Both the position numbers and the translations under genes were made by a program. Positions 48,565 to 57,497 of a stretch of 64,000 bases of DNA are shown piece by piece (the stretch's first letter is position 1; the number at the start of each line of letters is the position of its first letter). The stretch is from an uncultured Acidobacteriota bacterium (GTDB lineage: Bacteria > Acidobacteriota > UBA6911), in the NCBI GenBank assembly GCA_963809485.1, contig CAWEJX010000007.1:32001-96000 (forward strand). Direction: 5' to 3'. The notes under the pieces are model-generated. The model saw only the letters and a program-made list of their open reading frames with translations, did no database searches and was not told the DNA's origin.

Positions 48565-50628
48565 ATGCAGAAAGACCTGTTGCTTCCGCCGAGTGAGATT
48601 CCGCAAAAAAAAGCCTGGAAATCCTGGAAAGGAATCGTGCTCGCTGCCTTTGTGCTTGCGCTTGTCTTCAACCGATGGCTGCCGGATATCCTGCTTGCGG
48701 TGTTTTATATCGCGGGAACGGCCGTAATTCTCAACTTGCTTTTTCACCTGCTCCGCCGTTTCAGGAACAAGGTTTTCTGGCGCGTGCGCCACCGCATCCT
48801 CGGCTCATTTATATTCGTGGGTTTCATTCCCCTCCTGGTCCTTTTCGGTGTCGCCTATCTCTCCATCTACCTGCTGCTGGGCCAGCTGTCGGCTCATTAC
48901 CTGCATGCTTCGCTGGACGAATTGAATCAGGAAGTCACTCGAATCAACACGGACCTAGGGCATCGGATTGCTCCACCGGCAGCTGGCGATGCCTTCCGTA
49001 AGGCGGCGGAAAAGGAATTCGAGGCAAATGCGGCAGCCTTCCCGAAGCTTGCAGCCCTGCTGTTGCGCAGGCAGCGTGAGGGCTCGTGGGAAAAGATCGG
49101 GAGCAATGATACCCAGGGAATCCTCGATGAATCCGCTGCTCCCGCTGCGGACAAGTGGCTGCAGGGCAAAACGGCTTTCGAGGGCCTGCTCCTTTTAAAG
49201 GAAACCGGTTTGCTGACTTCCCTCAGGCCGGCGTCTTCCGTCCCGGGTGCTTACCTTGCCGTTTTTGCGCCCCTCGACCTGCACGTCGAAGAAAGGCTCC
49301 GGCGGGAGAAGAACATATACCTGGCATTATCGGGGATGGGCACGACAGAGGTCCTGCAGAGAGAGGACGGCATTACGGTCCGGACGCGAAACGAAGGCGC
49401 CGGCAGCAGCGAAGCCGAAAGGAGCGCCGAAATCGGCGCCCTCAAAGAGCAGCTCAAGACCGACACCCGGAGGATGATCATCTGGGCGGCCGTGCTGGAA
49501 TGCCGGGACTATATAACCGGGGAAACGAAACCTCTCGGGCTCGGAGTCATTCGCGTCCCGCTTGAGACACTTAATCTGGCTTATCTATCAGGTGTCGGCA
49601 ACTACAGCACCGGCCAGTACATTCTGAAGGGCATTCTGGTTCTCCTTGCGGTGTTTGTTCTGGCGGAACTGGTCTCCCTCCTGATAGGAATCACCATCAG
49701 CCGGCGCATTACGCGTTCGGTGCACGACATGTACCTCGGCACAATGGCTTTAAAGGATGGGAACCTGCAGTATCAGATCCCGGTGCGAAGGAATGATCAG
49801 CTGGGGCTGCTGGCTCATTCTTTCAACCAGATGAGCTCCTCGATAACCCGGCTAATGGAAGAGGTGAGCGAAAAGAAAAGGCTGGAACAGGAACTGGAGA
49901 TCGCGCGCGAGGTGCAGGCTGCGCTGTTCCCCAAGCAGCTGCCGCATCCGCGCGGTCTCTCGCTTTTCGGAGGCTGCGAGCCGGCGCGCGTCGTCAGCGG
50001 CGATTACTATGATTTCATACACGAAGACGATGCCCGGCTCCATATTGTTGTCGGAGACATCAGTGGAAAAGGGATCTCCGCTGCGCTGCTCATGGCCAAT
50101 CTCCAGGCGGCCATGCGCAATCAGCTTTCAACCTTCCACAATGCCGATCCGGCCGAAATTGAACGCCGGCTTTCGGCCGTCCTGGAACAGCTGAACACCC
50201 AGATCTTTCTGAACAGCCCGAGAGAGAAATACGCGACCCTGTTTGCGGGAAGGTATGATGCCGAGTCCCGCAGGCTTTGCTACTGCAACGCCGGACACCT
50301 TCCGCCTGTTCTGCTCCGCCGCGGCGAGGTGGTACGCCTCGAGGGCGGCGGTACGGTACTCGGCCTTTTCGAGAGCGCCTCCTACAAAGCCTCATCCACG
50401 GAGCTGGAGGCCGGAACGGTCCTGGCAATTTTTTCCGACGGCATCACCGAGGCCGTCAACGATGCGGACGAAGAATTCGGCGAAGAACGCCTGGTGGAAG
50501 CGCTTCGGGCATCGGTGTCCCGAGCTCCCGAGGGTATCTACCGGCACGTAATCGAGCAGGTGCGGCTCTGGCAGGGCAATCTGAAGCAGCACGACGACAT
50601 CACATTGATCGTCGGGAAAGTGGAATAG
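48565..50628 (+). CDS. Membrane HAMP + SpoIIE/RsbU (PP2C) phosphatase
   Basis: DQLGLLAHSFNQM, AREVQ, SGDYYDF, GDISGKG, NAGH, SDGITE, DDIT. Confidence 0.92.
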   Translation: MQKDLLLPPSEIPQKKAWKSWKGIVLAAFVLALVFNRWLPDILLAVFYIAGTAVILNLLFHLLRRFRNKVFWRVRHRILGSFIFVGFIPLLVLFGVAYLSIYLLLGQLSAHYLHASLDELNQEVTRINTDLGHRIAPPAAGDAFRKAAEKEFEANAAAFPKLAALLLRRQREGSWEKIGSNDTQGILDESAAPAADKWLQGKTAFEGLLLLKETGLLTSLRPASSVPGAYLAVFAPLDLHVEERLRREKNIYLALSGMGTTEVLQREDGITVRTRNEGAGSSEAERSAEIGALKEQLKTDTRRMIIWAAVLECRDYITGETKPLGLGVIRVPLETLNLAYLSGVGNYSTGQYILKGILVLLAVFVLAELVSLLIGITISRRITRSVHDMYLGTMALKDGNLQYQIPVRRNDQLGLLAHSFNQMSSSITRLMEEVSEKKRLEQELEIAREVQAALFPKQLPHPRGLSLFGGCEPARVVSGDYYDFIHEDDARLHIVVGDISGKGISAALLMANLQAAMRNQLSTFHNADPAEIERRLSAVLEQLNTQIFLNSPREKYATLFAGRYDAESRRLCYCNAGHLPPVLLRRGEVVRLEGGGTVLGLFESASYKASSTELEAGTVLAIFSDGITEAVNDADEEFGEERLVEALRASVSRAPEGIYRHVIEQVRLWQGNLKQHDDITLIVGKVE

Positions 50629-50817
50629 GATCAGCGATCGTCAGCGCCTTTTTCGGCACATGTCGGCGCCATTTTATCCCGGGATTTTCATACTTCCTGA
50701 ATCCCGGATCACCAGACGGAAGGAGCAGAAGACCTCAACCCCAGGGGTTCGAAAATGCCCCGGAAGCAAAGCGATCCCTGCCCCCTGTTAATCCATCCGG
50801 AACCGGACAGTCTCCCC

Positions 50818-51894
50818 TTACCAGCGGATGGTCACGTTGTACGAGCCACTATTGTCGCGGTAGTTGTCGTCGTTGACGCCTATCAGCAGCCGGCCGTATT
50901 CGTTCCGTTCTGTGTACGCGCGATTACGCGAACCGATGTACAGGGGCTCGGAGTCGCGCCCGTCACGGTAGCGAATCCTGGCAATGACCGCACCAACGCC
51001 CGCATCCTTGATCGGGTAGGTCGAGCTGCTGAGATTGGCGCTTCGGTTGCCGTTCGGGCCTGTGGAGCGCCCAACGCCGTATTCAATCTGACCTTCCACC
51101 GTAATCTCAACCATCATATTGGGTTCGAGGTCAATGCCCGTGTCGGTCCACGCCTGGTTGGCGTAAAGGGTGATGGTTTTTTCGCGGCCCTGCGCGGGAG
51201 TTGTTGAACGGCGGTTCCCATCGTCGTCCGAAAAGCCGCTATCGCGACTCACGGAGACATTGACGCGAAAAGCCCCGCGTGAATTCGCCATGCTCCCATG
51301 ATTGATCGTGAAATAGAGGACGCCGTCCCGGTCCGCCACAAATTCACTCGAACGGCCTACATAGATAGGGGACGAACCGAAGCCCTGCCCGATGGTGGCG
51401 ATCAGCGCGCCGTCGTTTTCGTTCGGCATGGGCGCATTCCGATCCCGTTGCCCGCGCAAACCGTCCGCACTCACCGTCGTGCGGCCGTCCAGAGTCACGG
51501 TTCCGCTGGCTTCCACCCGCACCTGCTGGCCTTCATAAACTTCAATCGGGGAACGAACCCACCGGCTTCCCAGATTAACATCGAAGCTTTCGGAAGTCTC
51601 CCATTGGCCCCGCCCCGAAAAGGTGGAAGCATCCCCTTCCCGCCGATATTCGGAGTCGCGCGGTCCCGGTTGGGCCGTGGAGCGGTCCAGAACCAGTCGC
51701 TCCACGCGTTCGGTCTTGAATTTGACCCGGTTGCCGTTGGTCAATTCAAAGATAAACTCGCCATTTTCATATCCAAGGAGAGTGCCTTTCCGCTCCCTAG
51801 CGTTTTTAAGATAAATCGTGTCGGCCAGGGCTGCGCCCGTCACGAACAATAGCAGTACAAGCGTGATCGCAGATTTTCGCATCATCCAATTCAT
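50818..51894 (-). CDS. Secreted protein with two LecA/PA-IL-like beta-sandwich repeats
   Basis: Signal peptide; repeated W..T/S.I.....G..GA(L/V)IA.I....YVG....G.L...(I/V)N...N.G motif. Confidence 0.65.
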   Translation of the reverse strand: MNWMMRKSAITLVLLLFVTGAALADTIYLKNARERKGTLLGYENGEFIFELTNGNRVKFKTERVERLVLDRSTAQPGPRDSEYRREGDASTFSGRGQWETSESFDVNLGSRWVRSPIEVYEGQQVRVEASGTVTLDGRTTVSADGLRGQRDRNAPMPNENDGALIATIGQGFGSSPIYVGRSSEFVADRDGVLYFTINHGSMANSRGAFRVNVSVSRDSGFSDDDGNRRSTTPAQGREKTITLYANQAWTDTGIDLEPNMMVEITVEGQIEYGVGRSTGPNGNRSANLSSSTYPIKDAGVGAVIARIRYRDGRDSEPLYIGSRNRAYTERNEYGRLLIGVNDDNYRDNSGSYNVTIRW

Positions 51895-52117
51895 CCGCCG
51901 CCTGAGACTTGATGGGTCTCAGGAACGAATGCCTCCGCAAAATAGTTCTCCTGCCTGATGAATCGACACATTGTCCAGCAAACCCCTGATTTTCTGAAGT
52001 ATAGCACAAGAACGGGATTATGCGGCCGAGCGCAGACCTCCCCCTAACCGACAAAATTTGAGCTCATTTTGCACCGGCAAGCTGTATGATATGAGAAATT
52101 GATTCCCGGAGGCATTC

Positions 52118-52540
52118 ATGGCTACAAAAACCGTATTGCTTGTTGACGACGACCAGGATTTGATCGACATCTATAAAACCATTCTCGAACACGCGGGCTT
52201 TACGGTCCTTACCGCGGCCAACAGCGCGCAAGCCTTGCCTATTGCGACCTCAAAACCAATCGATGTTGCTGTCCTGGATGTAATGATGGATACACCCACC
52301 GAGGGATTTGAACTTGCACGCGCAATGCGGCAGAATGAGAAGACCAGTCGTATCCCGCTCCTGATGCTGACCTCTGTCAACACTCACAATGAGGAGATAG
52401 GCTCTTTCGTGCGCTTCTCGGACCGCGACCGCGATCATACATGGCTGCCAGTGGATCGTTTTCTGGACAAGCCTATCAAGCCTGAGGATCTCGTCGCCAT
52501 CGTCCGTACGCTTTCCGGCGCGTGGTCCTTTTCCCGCTGA
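52118..52540 (+). CDS. Single-domain response regulator
   Basis: LLVDDD, LDVMMD..EGF, LMLTS, WLPVDRFLDKP. Confidence 0.92.
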   Translation: MATKTVLLVDDDQDLIDIYKTILEHAGFTVLTAANSAQALPIATSKPIDVAVLDVMMDTPTEGFELARAMRQNEKTSRIPLLMLTSVNTHNEEIGSFVRFSDRDRDHTWLPVDRFLDKPIKPEDLVAIVRTLSGAWSFSR

Positions 52541-52875
52541 TCCGGGCAGAGGCGATAAATAAACTCGCAATACTCAAATCCTCTGCGAGAGTCACGGAGT
52601 TTGATAGTTCCAGGATTATTGAACGCCGATATACGCTGAATAAACGCTGCTCAATAATACAATGGTTGGCGTTCAAGCGCCGATGAAACTATCGCATCAC
52701 AGCATATCCGCGATGGCTACCCGTTTCAGCCTACGGGCCTGAGTCAATCATTCTGAAACCTGAAATCCCTGATCCTCAAACCAGTCCATTAATATTGCCT
52801 GAGCCGCAGCGATGAGAAAGCTGTGAAAGAAGCAGAGTAATTAACCAGCCTCCCCCATAAACTATTGATATAAAT

Positions 52876-52999
52876 AGTCAGGCACCTCCGGCAAAGCCCA
52901 AGGCTTGAATGATTGGAACCGCCCAAAGCGGTTGGAGGCGTTACGATGGTCTTGAACGCTGACTTACGCGGCAGAGCCGTGGGTTTATCAATGGAATTA
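52876..52999 (-). mobile_element. Internally deleted copy of the IS200-like element abutting the rex promoter
   Basis: AGTCAGGCACCTCCGGCAAAGCC...AACCGCCCAAAGCGGTT...GCTGACTTACGC|GGCAGAGCCGTGGGTTTATCAATGGAATTA. Confidence 0.75.
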
Positions 53000-53009
53000 A
53001 ATTTTTTTA

Positions 53010-53054
53010 TTGACAAATACTGTGAAATATTTCACAATGCGTATTGTTTCACAA
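53010..53054 (+). promoter_or_regulatory. sigma70 promoter overlapped by Rex operator(s)
   Basis: TTGACA at 53010, CACAAT 17 bp later; CTGTGAAATATTTCACAA (53020-53037) matches Rex consensus TTGTGAA-N4-TTCACAA at all but one position; second TTCACAA half-site ends at 53054. Confidence 0.85.
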
Positions 53055-53068
53055 AGGAATGATTCAAA

Positions 53069-53719
53069 GTGAAGGCAGTGCCGCATCGAACGGTTGGCAG
53101 GCTCACGCTTTACTGGCGGACGCTTAGGGATATTGCCCGCGGGGACCAAAGCCATATCTATTCCCATTTTCTCGCCTCCCGATGCGGCGTGACTGCCGCC
53201 CAGGTGAGACGTGACCTCATGGTACTCGGCTATACGGGAACCCCTGCCCGGGGCTATGATGTCCGCAAACTCAAGGATCATATTGAAGCCTTCCTTTTCC
53301 CGGCTGAGGAGCAAAAGGCCGTGCTGGCAGGCGTCGGCAATATCGGCCGCGCCCTGCTGAAGTTTTTCAGCGCACGGCGTCCCGCACTTCGCATTGCAGC
53401 CTCTTTTGAAACCAATCCCGATAAATTCAACCGCGTGATCCAGGGCTGCCCTTGCCATTCCATCGAGAAGGCCGAGGGCATCATCCGTGATCTGGGCGCT
53501 ACGGTTGGGATTATGGCCGTTCCGGACGAGGAAGCCCAATTCGTGGCTGATGTATTTGTAGCCTCAGGCATACGCGGGATTCTGAACTTCGCCCGTGCTC
53601 CGCTGAGCGTCCCGCCCGGTGTTTATGTCGAGGATATTGATTTAGCCATGTCCATGGACAAGGTAGCGTATTTCGCGCGCCAGTCCCTGAAGTCGGACAG
53701 ATCAAAGGCAGTTCATTAA
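53069..53719 (+). CDS. rex: Redox-sensing transcriptional repressor Rex
   Basis: TVGRLTLY, AQVRRDL, GYDV, GVGNIGRAL, GILNFA. Confidence 0.93.
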   Translation: MKAVPHRTVGRLTLYWRTLRDIARGDQSHIYSHFLASRCGVTAAQVRRDLMVLGYTGTPARGYDVRKLKDHIEAFLFPAEEQKAVLAGVGNIGRALLKFFSARRPALRIAASFETNPDKFNRVIQGCPCHSIEKAEGIIRDLGATVGIMAVPDEEAQFVADVFVASGIRGILNFARAPLSVPPGVYVEDIDLAMSMDKVAYFARQSLKSDRSKAVH

Positions 53720-53731
53720 GGAGATCGATCT

Positions 53732-54205
53732 ATGAACGACGTGGATACCATTCTGCAGAAGCACCCGCGAGCCGGGCGCGATGCACTCATTCCTATTCTT
53801 CAGGAAGTTCAGGAGCAGCAGGGATTCATTTCGCGCGAGGCGGTCGTCCGCATCAGTAAGCACCTTAACCTGCCTGCCAGCAAGCTTTACGGGGTCGCGA
53901 CCTTTTATAACCAGTTCCGTTTTCACCCCAAAGGCAAATACCACATCATGGTCTGCCGCGGCACGGCCTGCCATGTCAAAGGGTCCAACAGGGTGCTGGA
54001 AATGGCGCAAAAACTGCTGAAGCTGAAACCGGGCCAGACGTCCAGGGACCGCCTTTTCAGCCTCGAGGTTGTTGCTTGCATGGGAGCTTGCGGCTTGTCT
54101 CCGGTTATGAACCTCAACGGAGAGTTCTACGCCAAAGTCACCCCTAAAAAAATCGTCAAAATCATACAGGAATGTAGGGAAACGGAGTCCAAAAATGGGC
54201 ACTAA
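53732..54205 (+). CDS. hydC: NuoE/HydC-like [2Fe-2S] subunit
   Basis: LIPILQEVQ, GVATFYNQF, CRGTACH, CMGAC. Confidence 0.92.
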   Translation: MNDVDTILQKHPRAGRDALIPILQEVQEQQGFISREAVVRISKHLNLPASKLYGVATFYNQFRFHPKGKYHIMVCRGTACHVKGSNRVLEMAQKLLKLKPGQTSRDRLFSLEVVACMGACGLSPVMNLNGEFYAKVTPKKIVKIIQECRETESKNGH

Positions 54206-57200
54206 TTCAGAATACTCAAAAATGGACAATTCCGGCAAATGCTGGATCGATTTCCACGAGGTTTCCGACAGCCTGCTGGCCGATCTCAAAGCGGAGCCTT
54301 TTTTAAGCGCCCGGGCAAAGGGAGCAAAGGTAACAGCATCGGTACTGGCCGGTTTGAGGCGCGAGTCCGTCGAGCGCCCCGTGATTTTTGTGGGTGCAGG
54401 CACCTGCGGGCTGGGTGCGGGAGCTGCCAAAACAATCGCGGCCGTTAAAGACTTCCTCGCGCAGCATCAGCAAACCGCCGATGTCGTCGAGGTCGGCTGC
54501 AACGGAATGTGCTCGGACGAGCCCATCGTCGACATCCAGGTCCCCGGCCGGGCTCGCGTCAGTTTCGGCACGATCACCGGAGACAAAGTGCCTGGACTGC
54601 TCGAAGCCGTACTCCTGCAGAACCGCATCCCCGCAGAACTGGTTCTCGGTCAGTACCGCTCGACCTGCGCAAAACCGTGGGAGGGTGTCCCATCTTTGGA
54701 TGAGCACCCCTTTCTTGCGCACCAGGTCCGCGTGGTTCTGGCAACCAGCGGCATTATCGATCCGGGAAATATCTCCGAATACATTGCCCGAGGCGGTTAC
54801 AGTTCCATTGCCAAGGTTCTGAGGACCATGACCCCGGAGCAGGTCTGCGACCAGATTGAAGCCAGCGGGCTCCGGGGACGCGGCGGCGGCGGATTCCCTA
54901 CCGGCAAAAAATGGAAGTTCGCCCGGGCCGCTGTCTCGGATCAGAAATACCTGATCTGCAACGCGGACGAGGGGGATCCCGGAGCTTTCATGGACCGCGC
55001 CGTCTGCGAAAGCGATCCGCACCGGCTGCTGGAGGGCATGCTGATCGCGGCCTATGCCATCGGCGCCACCAAGGCCTACATTTATATCCGCGCCGAATAT
55101 CCGCTGGCGATCAAGCGCCTCAACGAAGCCTTTGAACAGGCCGAAGCCTGCGGCCTGATCGGCTACAACATTCTCAACAGCGGCGTCGATCTCTCAATCA
55201 AACTCAAAATGGGGGCGGGCGCTTTTGTGTGCGGGGAGGAGACCGCGCTCATCCACTCGATCGAGGGCAAGCGCGGCATGCCGCGCCCCCGGCCTCCTTT
55301 CCCGGCCGTTCAGGGGCTTTTCGGCAGGCCGACGGTCATCAACAATGTTGAGACCCTGGCCAACCTGCCCCTGATCATGGATCACGGCCCGGACTGGTAT
55401 GCCGCGATGGGAACCCAAGGCAGCAAAGGAACGAAGGTATTCGCTCTTTCCGGAATGGTGCGGCGGACGGGTCTGGTTGAAATTCCGATGGGGACCTCCC
55501 TGCGCGAAGTCGTCTTCAATATCGCCGGCGGAATCCCCAATAACAAGAAATGCAAAGCCGTACAGATCGGCGGTCCTTCGGGCGGGTGCGTGCCTGAGGA
55601 ACACATGGACATACGCACGGACTACGAAGAGCTCAAGCAGTTCGGCACCATCATGGGATCCGGCGGTCTGGTTGTGGTCGACGAGTCCACGTGCATGGTC
55701 GATTTTGCCAAGTTTTTCATGGAATTCATCCAGAACGAAAGCTGCGGCAAATGCATCCCATGCCGCGAGGGTACGCGCCGGATGCTCGAGATCCTCGAAG
55801 CGGTGACCCGCCCGCGCCGTAAAGAGGACGACCTCGACGCTTTACTGCGCGTCCAGGGGATCATGCACCTGCAGAAGCTTGGGGAAACCATACGCGCCAC
55901 AAGCCTGTGCGGCCTGGGCCAGTCTGCCCCCAATCCTGTGCTGAGCACGCTCAAATGGTTCCGCGACGAGTACGAGGCTCACATATTCGAGCGCCGCTGC
56001 CCGTCCGGTTCCTGTAAAGAGCTGGTGGGAGCTCCCTGCCAGAACGGGTGCCCGATCGGGACCGAAGTCTGGCGTTATGTCGCCCATATTTCGCGGGGAG
56101 AGTACGACGATGCATACCGCGTCATCCGCGAAGCCAATCCGTTCCCGTCCGCCTGCGCCCGTGTATGCCATCATCCCTGCGAACAGGTTTGCCGCGCCGG
56201 CGCAACCGGAGGCGAGCCGATCGCGATCCGGACGCTCAAGCGCTTTGTGGTCGACACGGTGACTCCGCCCGATAAACTCGCGGTCCTGATGACTCGCTCG
56301 GATGCAGCCCGTATCGCCGTAATCGGCGCCGGGCCGGCGGGCCTGACGGCCGCCAATTCCCTTTCAGTCCTCGGCTATAAGGTCACCCTGCTCGAACGTG
56401 AGGCACAGGCCGGAGGGATGCTTTTCGCCGGGATCCCAGAATACAGGCTTCCCCGGGAAGGGATCCGGAAGGAAATCGCGGCTCTGATGAATCCCAACAT
56501 CGACGCGAAGTTCGGGCAAGCCCTGGGCCGCGACTTCACGATCGACAAGCTGTTAGAGGATGGCTATAAAGCCGTATTCATCGCCACAGGATCGCACCTC
56601 AGCAAGAAACTCGACCTGCCCGGGCGAAGACGTACCCGGGATCCTGCCCGGCATCGAGTTCCTCAAGGCATATAACCTGCACGGCAAATCTCTCGCGCGC
56701 GGGCACGTGGGGATCGTTGGCGGCGGCAACTCGGCCATGGATGCGGCCCGTGTGGCGATCCGCCAGCAGGGTGTGGAAAGCGTCACCGTATTTTACCGCC
56801 GCACGCGGGACAACATGCCCGCCTACAGGGAGGAGGTCGAAGCCGGGCTGGCTGAAGGCGTTATCCTGGAAACGCTGGTCACGCCCGTGGCCGTTCTCAG
56901 CAAGGACGGCCATCTGATCGGCATTCGCTCCCTTCGCAACGAACTGGGCGCCCGGGATTCCTCGGGCCGCCGCAGGCCCGTACCCATCAAAGGCTCCGAA
57001 TTCGACACAGCCCTGGACACGCTGATCGTGGCTATCAGCGAGGAACCCGAATCCGCCGGCCTGGAAGAGATCGGACGGACAAAATGGGGCACGATTGCGA
57101 TCAATTCCGAGTCGTTTATTACCGATCGGCCCGGCGTTTTCGCCGGCGGCGACGTGGTGACCGGCCCGAGCACCGTGATCGCCGCAATCGCCGTAGGCAA

Positions 57201-57468
57201 GCAGGCAGCAACGATGATCGACCGCTACGTTTCCGGCAAGCTTATGAAGGTACTGCCCAAGGTCAAGCTCCCTTCCGTCTATGTGGAACCGTATATGGAT
57301 GTGGACGAGGAAACCGGTGAAGTCTTCCGGCTGGAGGTGCCGTTACTCCCTGTGATAGAGAGGAAGAAATGTTTCGCCGAAGTGGAGTTGTGCCCCACCG
57401 AGCAGCAGGCCCTCGCAGAAGCGCGGCGATGCGCGCGCTGCGATCTGGACTTCACACAAGTGCAGTGA
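54195..57468 (+). CDS. hydB: NuoF/HydB-like flavoprotein fused to a GltD/NfnB-like FAD oxidoreductase; +1 frameshift near 56622-56624
   Basis: Thioredoxin-like FeS (GTCG..GCNGMC), GRGGGGFPTG, NADEGDPG, GAFVCGEET, CGKCIPC..C, then PCQNGCP..VCHHPCE..C, GAGPAG; second frame GEDVPG, GGGNSAMD, YRRTR, FAGGD, EARRCARCD. Confidence 0.88.
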
Positions 57469-57497
57469 CCGTATCGACACATGGATTGAGGTGACAC

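Noticed and set aside
56600-56640. Programmed ribosomal frameshift in hydB (and mfnF)
   Set aside because: No recognisable slippery sequence; the same one-base-insertion pattern occurs in unrelated rarD
53732-57468. Respiratory complex I nuoEF
   Set aside because: No membrane Nuo subunits; the genes are directly followed by an H-cluster HydA
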